DNA of 64,000 nucleotides, from assembly GCA_023659865.1 (NCBI GenBank), contig JAGXON010000001.1:45968-109967 (forward strand), given 5' to 3'. The translations under genes and the position numbers were made by a program. The DNA is from Candidatus Diapherotrites archaeon LH_S9. GTDB lineage: Archaea > B1Sed10-29 > WALL01 > JAGXON01. The notes under the pieces are model-generated. The model did no database searches, had not been told where the DNA came from, and saw only the letters and a list, made by a program, of their open reading frames with translations. How positions within the stretch are numbered: the stretch's first letter is position 1; each line of letters opens with the position of its first letter. Positions 45,982 through 55,279 of the stretch are shown piece after piece.

Positions 45982-48355
45982 AAACGTCTACACTTGTCTC
46001 TCCTGCCTCTAAATCGCCTTCTCCCTCAGAAAAAACAATTTCTTCAGCATTCAAAGTGTCCTTAAAGTCCTTCTCCCAGTTCTGCAAGTCACTGTAAACT
46101 GCTAGTTCCTCGATCTCCTTGTTCAACGGAAGACCATTATCAGATTTAAACTTCCTAACAGCTGAAATCACGTCCAAAGCTTCCTCAAAACCTTTAGGCG
46201 CTTCAACATCCAGTTTTTCCGGCCAAGATGCTTTGTGAACTGATCGAAGTCCAGTGAACTTCTTCAAGTACTTTTCGTGCACTTCTTCAGTGATGTGCGG
46301 GACGAAGGGCGCTAGCATAAAAGTAACTCTTTTAAGCACGTTCAGCAACGTTTGCTGAGCGGCTTCTTTCCTCCAGTCTTCAGTATTGTAAAGCCTGTAC
46401 TTCACCATCTCCAGGTAGTAATCGCAGAACTCGTGCCAGAAAAAATCACGCAAAAGCTTCATAGCCCTGCAAAACTCGTAATCATCCAAAAAACCAGTGG
46501 CTTGTTCCACGACTTCGTCAGTCCTGTAAAGAATCCATTCATCCGCAGGCCTTAACTTGCTCACTTCTTTTTCTTCTTCAGGCAAGTGCATGTCCACAAA
46601 GTAAGAGGCATTCCAGTACTTCTCCTGGAATTTTTCAGCGTATTTCAGCTCCTTCCAGGAAAAAGGATAGTCTTTTCCAAGAGAAGCGTTCAGCGCCCAC
46701 TGTCGAAGCGCATCAGTTCCGTGTTCATCCAACGCTTCTTCAGGAGGTATGACATTACCAAAACTCTTGCTCATCTTCCTGCCGTCAGGCCCAGCGACCA
46801 TGCCGTTGACCACAACTTCCTCGAACGGAATATCGTCCGTTAAGAGCAAGGACCTGAAAATCGTGTAGAAAGCCCAGGTTCGAATTATTTCATAACCCTG
46901 AGGCCTCATTGAGTTTGGGTAAGCTTTCTTGAAGTAATTCTTGTTTTCTTTCCATCTAGATACCTTTAAAGGAGTTATGGAACTGTCTACCCAGCAATCG
47001 CAAACGTCTTGAGCTCCAACTATTTTTCCTCCGCACTCGCAAGTTTCTTCTGGAGCTTCATCTATTCTTGGATCCACTGGCAAATCATCTTTGTCTGGCT
47101 CGATTATTTTACCGCAGTCTTCACAGAACCAGAAAGGTATTGGCGTTCCGTAAGTTCGTTGACGGGAAATTATCCAATCCCAGTCAAGCGAGTCACACCA
47201 ATTGAAAAGTTTTTGCTTCATGTAACCAGGATACCAGTCCATTTCATCGGCCGCTTCCTTGACTGCATCCGTCTTGTCCTGTACTTTAATGAACCACTGT
47301 TTTTTCGGTAAAAGCTCTATTGGAGCTTTGCAGGCAGATCTTTCCACGTGACAGAGCACGTTATGCTGATAATCCTCTTTTTTCTTCAGGAAACCTTTTT
47401 CTTTGAACCATTTAGCCATTTTTTTTCTGGCTTCCTTGGCTTTCATACCTGCAAATTCTCCTGCTAGGTCAGTGAGTCTTCCTTCTTCGTCAACTATTTT
47501 GAATATAGGTAAATCGTATTTTTGCTGCCACTTGATGTCCATTTCGTCTCCAAAAGTGCACAAGTAGACGACTCCAGTACCGAAATCCGTGTCCACGTCC
47601 TCGTCAGCAATTATTGGTACTTCCCTGTCAACCATCGGGACCAATACTTTCTTTCCTTCCAAGTGTGCGTGTTCCTCGTCCTCCGGATGGATTAGGACTG
47701 CGGCGCATGCAGGAGTCATTTCAGGCCTCGTGGTCGCTATGGTTATGGTTTCATCTGAGTCCTTGATCGGGAACTCCAAGTACCATAATCCTCCTGCCAT
47801 TGAAACGTGATCGACTTCCGCTTGAGCTAACGCTGTATTGCATTCAGGGCACCAGAGCACAGGGTGCTTATCTCGATATATCCTGTCTATATCATTGAAT
47901 TCAAGCAACGAAAGCTGAACAAGCCGCTTGTATTCATCTGAACGGGTTTCGTAGTATTCGTTCCAATCTGCAGAGTATCCTAGAGCCTTGTACTGCTCGT
48001 TCATTTTTTCTATGGCTTCGTCCGTCCATTCATCGCATTTTTTCACGAATTCTTTCGTGTCTTCTTTGGAGACATCAAATTCTTTTTCAACCTTCATCTC
48101 CGTTGGAAGACCGTGACAGTCGTAGCCCACCGGTAATAGCACGCTGTATCCCTGCATTCTCTTGTATCTGGCTGCAAAATCAATCCAAACATGGTTCAGT
48201 ACGTGACCCATGTGCAGTGTTCCGCTTGTGAAGCTGGGAGGGTTGTCTATCGAGTAAACTGGTTTGTTTTCATCCACGTTGAAACTATAGATGTCTTCTT
48301 CCTGCCATTCCTTTTGCCATTTTTCTTCTATTTCCTTTGGATTGTACTTGGGCAT
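45974..48355 (-). CDS. valS: Class I aminoacyl-tRNA synthetase, most likely valyl-tRNA synthetase (short form)
   Basis: The HMGH motif sits in PPSFTSGTLHMGHVLNH, and KMSKS in RKMSKSFGNVI. A CxxC Zn motif is in the editing region. At 793 aa it is shorter than LeuRS or IleRS. Confidence 0.6.
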   Translation of the reverse strand: MPKYNPKEIEEKWQKEWQEEDIYSFNVDENKPVYSIDNPPSFTSGTLHMGHVLNHVWIDFAARYKRMQGYSVLLPVGYDCHGLPTEMKVEKEFDVSKEDTKEFVKKCDEWTDEAIEKMNEQYKALGYSADWNEYYETRSDEYKRLVQLSLLEFNDIDRIYRDKHPVLWCPECNTALAQAEVDHVSMAGGLWYLEFPIKDSDETITIATTRPEMTPACAAVLIHPEDEEHAHLEGKKVLVPMVDREVPIIADEDVDTDFGTGVVYLCTFGDEMDIKWQQKYDLPIFKIVDEEGRLTDLAGEFAGMKAKEARKKMAKWFKEKGFLKKKEDYQHNVLCHVERSACKAPIELLPKKQWFIKVQDKTDAVKEAADEMDWYPGYMKQKLFNWCDSLDWDWIISRQRTYGTPIPFWFCEDCGKIIEPDKDDLPVDPRIDEAPEETCECGGKIVGAQDVCDCWVDSSITPLKVSRWKENKNYFKKAYPNSMRPQGYEIIRTWAFYTIFRSLLLTDDIPFEEVVVNGMVAGPDGRKMSKSFGNVIPPEEALDEHGTDALRQWALNASLGKDYPFSWKELKYAEKFQEKYWNASYFVDMHLPEEEKEVSKLRPADEWILYRTDEVVEQATGFLDDYEFCRAMKLLRDFFWHEFCDYYLEMVKYRLYNTEDWRKEAAQQTLLNVLKRVTFMLAPFVPHITEEVHEKYLKKFTGLRSVHKASWPEKLDVEAPKGFEEALDVISAVRKFKSDNGLPLNKEIEELAVYSDLQNWEKDFKDTLNAEEIVFSEGEGDLEAGETSVDVSI

Positions 48356-48426
48356 ACTGGTACACCTCTCTAGAGTAGTTGAATCAGCCGTTGCTGGTTC
48401 AGGATAAGTTTAGCCCCTTTTACTTA

Positions 48427-49251
48427 TTAATCTTTGTTGTGCTTTTTGCCCACGTGGATTTTCAGGCCTTTCTCGGAGTCGAACTCTTTTCCGCATTCAC
48501 TGCAGACAAAAACGTCTTTCTTTTTTCTGGATAAGAGCAGTGCTGCTAAACCAATTACGATTATTGCACTGATGACCCCGATAAAGAGGAGTGAAGTGTC
48601 GTCTTCTTGTTCTTCAGTCTCTGGCTGTGTTTTGTTTTCTGCCTTGTCTTCTTCGCACTTTCCTTTGTAAGCTATCTTAACGTCATCGCATTCAGCAAAG
48701 CATTTGTTGGAATAAGTTTCTCCGTTCACTCCGCAAACTGGATCCCAGTATTCTGCGCAGAAGCATCCTTTTTCCGTCTCGTTCTCTGTTGGAGCACTAA
48801 CGTTCTCTTCCGGAGGCATCTCAGGAGCTACTTCTTCTTCCATCACTTCGATAACTTCTGTTTCCACGTTGAAAGGTGGTTCAGCAGGGTTGGTCGCGTA
48901 GTACATCAGCCAATCGTAGTACTGATCCATCTTTGGCTTCAGGTCGTAGTAGTCAGAGTTCGATAAGCAAGTGTTCACCTTAGCCGTTGAAGGGTTGTAG
49001 TAGTACAGAGCCGTCGGTTTCTCGGAGTTGTCCGCTATATACCTTTCTCCTTGCTCGTTCATCGGCAGATACTTTTTTTCCGCTTTCCTTGCTGCCTTTA
49101 AGTAATTGTAAAGGCAGTCATTCCATTGTTCGGCTTCCTTATAACAGTCTCCTGCATCCACATACTTGTCTTGTTCCACGAGATCTTGGCAGGAAGCTGC
49201 TATAACTCCTGAAATCAGGAGCATCGCTATCAGCAAAGTTTTCTTCAACAT
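48427..49251 (-). CDS. Type I membrane protein with an extracellular Kazal-type serine-protease-inhibitor domain and a cytoplasmic C2H2 zinc finger
   Basis: There is a signal peptide. The Kazal signature CAEYWDPVCGVNGETYSNKCFAEC...C follows the C-x7-C-x6-Y-x3-C-x3-C pattern. A TM helix is followed by CSECGKEFDSEKGLKIHVGKKH, a C-x2-C-x12-H-x4-H finger. Confidence 0.6.
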   Translation of the reverse strand: MLKKTLLIAMLLISGVIAASCQDLVEQDKYVDAGDCYKEAEQWNDCLYNYLKAARKAEKKYLPMNEQGERYIADNSEKPTALYYYNPSTAKVNTCLSNSDYYDLKPKMDQYYDWLMYYATNPAEPPFNVETEVIEVMEEEVAPEMPPEENVSAPTENETEKGCFCAEYWDPVCGVNGETYSNKCFAECDDVKIAYKGKCEEDKAENKTQPETEEQEDDTSLLFIGVISAIIVIGLAALLLSRKKKDVFVCSECGKEFDSEKGLKIHVGKKHNKD

Positions 49252-49260
49252 TTAATTCAC

Positions 49261-50403
49261 CTAAAGGTATTCTTTTAAATCACGGTTCGTGGTTTCCCAG
49301 GAAAACTCTGGCAGGTTGCGGCCGAAGTGACCGTAGCAAGCTGTCTTCCTGTATATTGGTCTTAAGAGATCTAATCGTTTTATTATTTTGCCTGGTTTTA
49401 GCACGAATTCTTTTTGAACTATTTCTTTTATTTCATGATGCGTCAGGTCGCTGGTTCCGAAGGTATCTATCAGAACTCCTACTGGCTCAGGAACACCTAG
49501 GGCGTACGATAACTGGACTTCGCATTCGTCTGCCAGTCCTGAAGCCACTATGTTTTTGGCTATGTACCTGGCCATGTAGGTTCCTGATCTGTCAACTTTT
49601 GACGGGTCTTTTCCGGAGAAGCATCCTCCTCCGTGAGATCCTTTTCCTCCGTAAGTATCGACAATGATTTTTCTGCCTGTCAAGCCTGAATCGGCTGGTG
49701 GACCCCCTTTCACGAATCTTCCGCTCTCGTTAACGAAAATCTTGGTGTCTTCATCCAAGTAACTGCCGAGAACTGGTTTTACAACGTCTTCTTCAACGTC
49801 TTTTTTGAGCGTTTCTCTTTCAACGTCTGGCTCTGTCTGTGCTGCGATCACTACTGCTTCAGCTCTTTTTGGTTCCCCGTCATCGTACTCTACAGTAACC
49901 TGTGATTTTCCGTCAGGCCTGAGGTACGGGAGGACTTCTTTTTTTCTGGCTTCAGCGAGATTCATTGACAGTTCGTGAGCTAGAGTTATAGGTAAAGGCA
50001 TCAGTTCCGGTGCTTCGTCGATTGCGTAGCCGAACATTATCCCTTGGTCCCCTGCTCCTTGTTCCCCTATATCTTCCGAGTTAACTCCTTGAGCTATGTC
50101 AGAACTCTGCTGGTGTATTGAGTTCGAGATGTTGCAAGAGTCGTATGTAAAACCGTATTCAGGTTCAGTATACCCTATTTCTTTCAAGGTTTCTCTAGCG
50201 ACTTCATTGTAATCGATGGTTGCTTCAGAAGTTACTTCTCCTGCCATGAAAACCATGCCATTCGTCACAAGCGTTTCAACAGCTACTCGGGATCCTGGGT
50301 CTCTATCGATGAGTTCGTCTAAAACCGCGTCAGATATCTGGTCAGCTATCTTGTCCGGGTGTCCTTCAGTCACTGATTCCGAAGTGTAATAATATTTTTC
50401 CAT
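49261..50403 (-). CDS. metK: S-adenosylmethionine synthetase of the bacterial/eukaryotic MetK type
   Basis: SESVTEGHPDKIADQISDAVLD, GAGDQGIMFGYA and DTYGG...GGGAFSGKD-like motifs are diagnostic of MetK rather than the archaeal-type MAT. Confidence 0.8.
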   Translation of the reverse strand: MEKYYYTSESVTEGHPDKIADQISDAVLDELIDRDPGSRVAVETLVTNGMVFMAGEVTSEATIDYNEVARETLKEIGYTEPEYGFTYDSCNISNSIHQQSSDIAQGVNSEDIGEQGAGDQGIMFGYAIDEAPELMPLPITLAHELSMNLAEARKKEVLPYLRPDGKSQVTVEYDDGEPKRAEAVVIAAQTEPDVERETLKKDVEEDVVKPVLGSYLDEDTKIFVNESGRFVKGGPPADSGLTGRKIIVDTYGGKGSHGGGCFSGKDPSKVDRSGTYMARYIAKNIVASGLADECEVQLSYALGVPEPVGVLIDTFGTSDLTHHEIKEIVQKEFVLKPGKIIKRLDLLRPIYRKTACYGHFGRNLPEFSWETTNRDLKEYL

Positions 50404-50485
50404 GAAATCCTCTCAACAATTCAAGGGGTTACTATAATAAATAAGTAACAACTTTCCTAAATAAACAAAAACTGGAGGTAATCAA

Positions 50486-51016
50486 TTGAAGCAAATAAGG
50501 TTCCACGGACGAGGAGGCCAAGGTGCAGTAACCGCAGCCGAAATCCTTGGCTTAGCAGCCAGCGAAGAAAAAAAATGGTGTCAAGCATTCCCTTTCTTTG
50601 GAGTTGAAAGAAGAGGAGCACCAGTAAAAGCATTCACACGAATAAGTGACGAGTACATAAAAACAAGACAACAGATATACAAACCAGATTACGTTGTCGT
50701 CCTGGATTCCACTTTGATGGACGTGGTAGACACTGAAGAAGGAAACCCGTCAACAATCGTTGTGAACACGAAAAGAACTCCTGAAGAACTCGATCTGAGT
50801 ACAGGAGACGTGCAAACAATCCATGCAACAAAAATAGCTTTAGACGAGATAGGGAAACCTTTTGCAAACACTCCAATGCTGGGAGCGCTCGCAGCAGCCA
50901 CAGGCGTGGTCAAACCAGAATCCTTGAAAAAAGCAATAAAAGAAAAATACCCAGGAAAAATAGGAGAAAAAAACGCTAACGCGATTCAAAAAGCTTACGA
51001 GGAGCTGAAAAAATGA
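50486..51016 (+). CDS. porG: Pyruvate/2-oxoacid:ferredoxin oxidoreductase gamma subunit
   Basis: 176 aa, GRGGQGAVTAAEILG. It is first in the porGDAB order. Confidence 0.75.
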   Translation: MKQIRFHGRGGQGAVTAAEILGLAASEEKKWCQAFPFFGVERRGAPVKAFTRISDEYIKTRQQIYKPDYVVVLDSTLMDVVDTEEGNPSTIVVNTKRTPEELDLSTGDVQTIHATKIALDEIGKPFANTPMLGALAAATGVVKPESLKKAIKEKYPGKIGEKNANAIQKAYEELKK

Positions 51017-51276
51017 CTGAAACAACTACAGGCGGAACAATAAAAGATCCGAAGTCGTCCAAAAAGAACAAGACAGGGACCTGGAGAACATTCAAACCAA
51101 ACGTGGACAAAGAAAAATGCATCAAGTGCGGAAAATGCGGAGAACTCTGCCCGGAAGGCGCGATAAGAATAACTGAAGAAGGAGCAAAAGTAAACATGGA
51201 TTACTGCAAAGGATGCGGCATATGCGCAAAAGAATGTCCAGTAAAAGCAATAAAAATGGAAAAGGAGGAGAAATGA
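51013..51276 (+). CDS. porD: Pyruvate:ferredoxin oxidoreductase delta subunit (2x[4Fe-4S] ferredoxin)
   Basis: CIKCGKCGELCP and CKGCGICAKECP are present. Confidence 0.8.
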   Translation: MTETTTGGTIKDPKSSKKNKTGTWRTFKPNVDKEKCIKCGKCGELCPEGAIRITEEGAKVNMDYCKGCGICAKECPVKAIKMEKEEK

Positions 51277-52446
51277 ATGGAAGTAAAACAAGGAGCACAA
51301 GCAATAGCTCACTCAGTAAAAAAATGTAAACCAGATGTTTGCTCGATGTACCCGATAACTCCCTCAACCGAGCTTCCTGAAGAAATAGCTCAGTTGGTTG
51401 CAGACGGAGAACTAGACGCAACAATAATAAGAGTCGAATCCGAATTTTCAGCCATATCAGGATGTGTTGGAGCATCAGCAGCAGGATCAAGAGCATACAC
51501 AGCAACCAGCTCGCAAGGACTGGCGCTGATGACTGAAGTACTGTTTGCAGCATCAGGAATGCGGCTACCAATAGTCATCAACGTGGTCAACAGAGCATTA
51601 AGTGCTCCAATAAACATTTGGAACGATCAACAAGATTCAATCAGTCAAAGAGATAATGGATGGCTTCAAATATACTGCGAAAGCAACCAAGAAGCAGTTG
51701 ACACGACCATACAATCCTTTAAAATAGCTGAAGACGAGGACGTGCTTCTTCCAATAATGTGCTGCACTGACGGATACATCCTGAGCCATACTTACGAGCC
51801 AGTAGAACTCCCGGACGAAGAAGAAGTGCAGGAGTTCCTACCGGAATACGATCCAGATCACGCTTACCTCGATCCAGAGAATCCGATGACGCAAGGACCT
51901 TTCGCGTACCCAAAACCCTACGCTGCACTAAGGAAAGACTTGAGCGATGCAGTTAATGGGTCCAAAGAAATCGTTAAAAGAGTTCACGACGAATTCGCGG
52001 AAAAATTCGGAAGAAGCTACGGAAACGGATTGATAGAAGAATACAAAAACGATAAAGATACTGCACTAGTTTCAATGGGAAGCATATGCGGAACCATCAA
52101 AAGCACTCTAGACAACAGAAACGATGCCGGCCTAATGAGAATAAGGTGCTACCGCCCGTTCCCTGAAGAAGAAATCAAGAAAGCTCTTGAAGGAAAAGAT
52201 CAAGTCATAGTACTGGAGAAAAACGTTTCCATGGGTCACGGGTCAGGAGCCCTATACAACGAAATTAAAAGCATTTTACCTAGAAGTACAACCGTTCACG
52301 ATATCGTAGTTGGACTTGGAGGAACGGACATAGCTGAAGAAGACATAAACAACATGATCGATTCCTTGAGCAACAAAGAAAATGGAGTAAAACGTTGGTT
52401 GCTTGAGAAAGGTGGAAAACTTCAGAAGAACAGAGGTGAAAAATAA
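51277..52446 (+). CDS. porA: Pyruvate:ferredoxin oxidoreductase alpha subunit
   Basis: 389 aa, with the conserved SMYPITPSTE N-terminus. Confidence 0.8.
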   Translation: MEVKQGAQAIAHSVKKCKPDVCSMYPITPSTELPEEIAQLVADGELDATIIRVESEFSAISGCVGASAAGSRAYTATSSQGLALMTEVLFAASGMRLPIVINVVNRALSAPINIWNDQQDSISQRDNGWLQIYCESNQEAVDTTIQSFKIAEDEDVLLPIMCCTDGYILSHTYEPVELPDEEEVQEFLPEYDPDHAYLDPENPMTQGPFAYPKPYAALRKDLSDAVNGSKEIVKRVHDEFAEKFGRSYGNGLIEEYKNDKDTALVSMGSICGTIKSTLDNRNDAGLMRIRCYRPFPEEEIKKALEGKDQVIVLEKNVSMGHGSGALYNEIKSILPRSTTVHDIVVGLGGTDIAEEDINNMIDSLSNKENGVKRWLLEKGGKLQKNRGEK

Positions 52447-53339
52447 TGGAAGACGATTTATTTGCTTCAGGCCACCGAGCGTGCGCTGGATGCGGATCCG
52501 CTCTGGCTTTACGGCACTTGACAAAAGCCGCTGGCAAGAACAGTGTTTTCACTATAGCAACGGGCTGCATGGAAGTAGTTTCAACTCAGTACCCAACAAC
52601 TGCTTGGGGAGTCCCATTAATTCACACTACTTTCGAGAACGCGGCTTCAGTAGCTGCTGGAATCAAAGAAGCACTTAACCAGCAAGGAAAAGAAGATACC
52701 AATGTTATAGCTCTTGCTGGTGATGGCGGGATGGTGGACATTGGTTTCAGAGCGCTCAGTGGTTCTTTGGAAAGAGGCCATGACGTTCTTTACGTTTGCT
52801 ACGATAACGGTGCTTACATGAACACTGGAGTCCAGAAATCTGGAGCAACTCCTTTCGGAGCTTCTACGACCACTACTCCAGCTGGAAAACAATCTCACGG
52901 TAAAAGCGAGTGGCAGAAGAACGTTCCTTTCATTGCACTGATGCATGGCGTCAATTACGTTGCTACTGCATCTATAGCAGATCTTGATGACTTCAAGAAA
53001 AAAGTTAAGAAAGCTCTTGAAGTCGAGGGACCGAAATATATTCACGTGCATTGCCCTTGTCCGATTGGATGGGGTTTTGACACTAGTGAAACAATAGATC
53101 AGGGTAGGAAAGCCGTTGAGTCGGGAGCCTGGGTACTTTACGAGATAGAGGACGGAAATTTCTCGATTAGCTACAAGCCTAGTGAGAGGATTCCTGTAAA
53201 AGATTATCTTTCAGGCCAGAAAAGGTTCAAGCACTTGGATGAAGACGATGTTGAAACGATTCAAGATCATGTGGACAGGAACTGGGAAGAGCTTAAGAAA
53301 CTAGAGGGTTTGGACTTGGATTTACTGAAACTATTGTAA
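52446..53339 (+). CDS. porB: Pyruvate:ferredoxin oxidoreductase beta subunit (TPP-binding)
   Basis: CAGCG and the GDGG TPP motif (LAGDGGMVDIG) are present. Confidence 0.8.
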   Translation: MEDDLFASGHRACAGCGSALALRHLTKAAGKNSVFTIATGCMEVVSTQYPTTAWGVPLIHTTFENAASVAAGIKEALNQQGKEDTNVIALAGDGGMVDIGFRALSGSLERGHDVLYVCYDNGAYMNTGVQKSGATPFGASTTTTPAGKQSHGKSEWQKNVPFIALMHGVNYVATASIADLDDFKKKVKKALEVEGPKYIHVHCPCPIGWGFDTSETIDQGRKAVESGAWVLYEIEDGNFSISYKPSERIPVKDYLSGQKRFKHLDEDDVETIQDHVDRNWEELKKLEGLDLDLLKLL

Positions 53340-55106
53340 TTGCTCGAATTGTTTTTGCAGGTCAACTATTTTTGACATTAAGTTCCGTGCTTTTTCTAAA
53401 TCCTGTCCTTCAATTGCAGATTCAAGCGAAACTATTCCAAGGTCTTCTTTGCTGAGTATCATGTTCAGTTTCGAGACTTCTTCATCTTTTTCCTTAAGTT
53501 CCGAGATTTTTTCTTTGTTGGTCTCAAGCATCTTGTCAGCGTAAGCTGTTATTTCTTTTTGGCCTCTACTCCAAACTAGATCAGGTTTTGATGCTGATTT
53601 TACTTGCTTCTGGAATTCGTTGAACTTGCTTATAAGATCTTTTCTTCTTACTTTGTCCGGGACTTCTATTTTTTCTTCTCTAGAAACATCTTCTACGCTT
53701 GGCTTTTCTATCATTTCTTCTTCTTTCTTCATCTCTTCCTTCAGAACGCCCCCAGTAGCTATCTCTCCTTCTTTTTCCTTTTTCCCTTCAGCTTCCTTCC
53801 CCTTTTTTCCTTCAGCCTCCTTTTCCTCTTTTCCTTCAGCTTCTTTTTTCTTAGTTTCTTTCTTTCCCTCTTCTTTTTCGGCTTTTTTCTTTAGTTCTTC
53901 AGTGCCTTCAGGCGCCTCTTCCTCAGTTTCTTCTGGCTCTTCTCCTTTTTCTTCCGGTTCCTCTGACTTTTCTTTTTTTTCTTCTGGTTTTTTCTTAACT
54001 TTCTTTTTCTTCTTTGGGGTTGTTTCTCCTGCAATCTTCTCAAGTTCTTCTCTCACCTGCTTGAGGCCTTTTTCAACGCGTTCTTCTGGAACTTCTTCTA
54101 GTTCGTCCAGGTCTTCGAGTTCTTTCTCGAATTTTTCTTTTGAGACCATGGTTTGCACGCCTTCTCTGACAAGATCTTTTAGCTCTCTGTCGAATTTTTT
54201 CATTTGCTCTTGTTCTTTCCTAAGTTTTTCTTCTCTTTCCTCAATCTCTTCGAGTTCTTCTGTGACTTCTGAGAGGGATTCAGCTAATGTGGATACTTTT
54301 TGCTCTGTTTTCTTTGATTTTATGTCTTTTACTATTTTTTTTGCTCTGAAAAGATTCTTTTTGTTTTTCTTGGTTTTTTCCTCCCATCCTTCAAGTTCTT
54401 TATTCATTCTTTTCAGGTCTTGCCTGATTTTGCTTAACTTGGTTGTTTTTTTCCCTACGGAAGCGTAAAGTTCGTCAAAGTTCTCTTCATGCTTTTCTAG
54501 TGTGCTTCTAAGTCCTTTGAGTTTTTTCAAACTATCTGAAAGGTTTCTAGCTTCTTTTTGAAGTTTTTTCATCCGTGGTTTCATTTTGGATTCTTCCTTC
54601 TCGGAAGAAAGCTCTTTCATTCTGTTCGATAAATTCCTTATTCTCTGAGAATTTTCTTTTGTCTCGTCTTCCCAGCCCTTTATCTCTTTCTCTATTCTTT
54701 CTAGAGTTCTTTGTATCCTTAATTCAGGAGAAGTCTGTCCTGAAGGCTTTTGAGGTTCTGGTTCTTCAACTTCTTTTTCAGACTTTTCTTTTTCTAGTGA
54801 GAATTCTTCTTCCTCTATAAGTTCTGCGGGTTCTTCCAGCTCTTCCTCGGTTTCAGAAGTTTTTTTTGGCTTCGGAGTTTTTTCTTCTAGTTTTTGAGGT
54901 TTCTCCATATGTTCTGGCTCTTTTTCTTGCTTCTCAACTAAGGCGAAGATCTGGTCTATCTTTTTCTTGGATTTTCCCATTTCTCTCAAAGTATTTTTTA
55001 TATCCCCTTCAGTGAATCCTTCGTCTCTAAGTGATTTTATTTCCTCTAATAGCTCTTTCGTTTCCGCTCCTGTTTCCTCACGTCCTTCAGCTTTCTCTTC
55101 TTCCAT
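53331..55106 (-). CDS. Large (591 aa), highly charged Lys/Glu-rich coiled-coil protein with tandem KEAEGK-type repeats
   Basis: The whole ORF is hydrophilic with heptad-like periodicity. A repeat block reads KKETKKKEAEGKEEKEAEGKKGKEAEGKKEKEGE. No catalytic motif was found. Confidence 0.45.
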   Translation of the reverse strand: MEEEKAEGREETGAETKELLEEIKSLRDEGFTEGDIKNTLREMGKSKKKIDQIFALVEKQEKEPEHMEKPQKLEEKTPKPKKTSETEEELEEPAELIEEEEFSLEKEKSEKEVEEPEPQKPSGQTSPELRIQRTLERIEKEIKGWEDETKENSQRIRNLSNRMKELSSEKEESKMKPRMKKLQKEARNLSDSLKKLKGLRSTLEKHEENFDELYASVGKKTTKLSKIRQDLKRMNKELEGWEEKTKKNKKNLFRAKKIVKDIKSKKTEQKVSTLAESLSEVTEELEEIEEREEKLRKEQEQMKKFDRELKDLVREGVQTMVSKEKFEKELEDLDELEEVPEERVEKGLKQVREELEKIAGETTPKKKKKVKKKPEEKKEKSEEPEEKGEEPEETEEEAPEGTEELKKKAEKEEGKKETKKKEAEGKEEKEAEGKKGKEAEGKKEKEGEIATGGVLKEEMKKEEEMIEKPSVEDVSREEKIEVPDKVRRKDLISKFNEFQKQVKSASKPDLVWSRGQKEITAYADKMLETNKEKISELKEKDEEVSKLNMILSKEDLGIVSLESAIEGQDLEKARNLMSKIVDLQKQFEQLQ

Positions 55107-55279
55107 TTTTTTCCTCCTAGTTTTTTTCTTTTTCTAGGAAAACTTCTTCCTCAACCAGTTCTTTTGATAGTTTTTCTTCAGATTCCTCTTCATCTTTTTT
55201 TCTTCAAGTTCTTTTTTCCTCACAAGGGAAGCCCATAAAAATCATTCATTACTAAACCCATTTAACTTAAAAGGATTGT

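Noticed and set aside
53750-53950. Tandem imperfect DNA repeats (TTCCTTCAGCYTC) considered as a CRISPR or minisatellite array
   Set aside because: The repeats are inside a coding region and encode the KEAEGK protein repeats. There are no spacers of unique sequence and no leader.
53604-54820. Long plus-strand ORFs with Ser/Phe-rich translations
   Set aside because: They are antisense to the Lys/Glu-rich coiled-coil gene. The AAG/GAA-rich coding DNA yields open TTC/CTT frames on the other strand.
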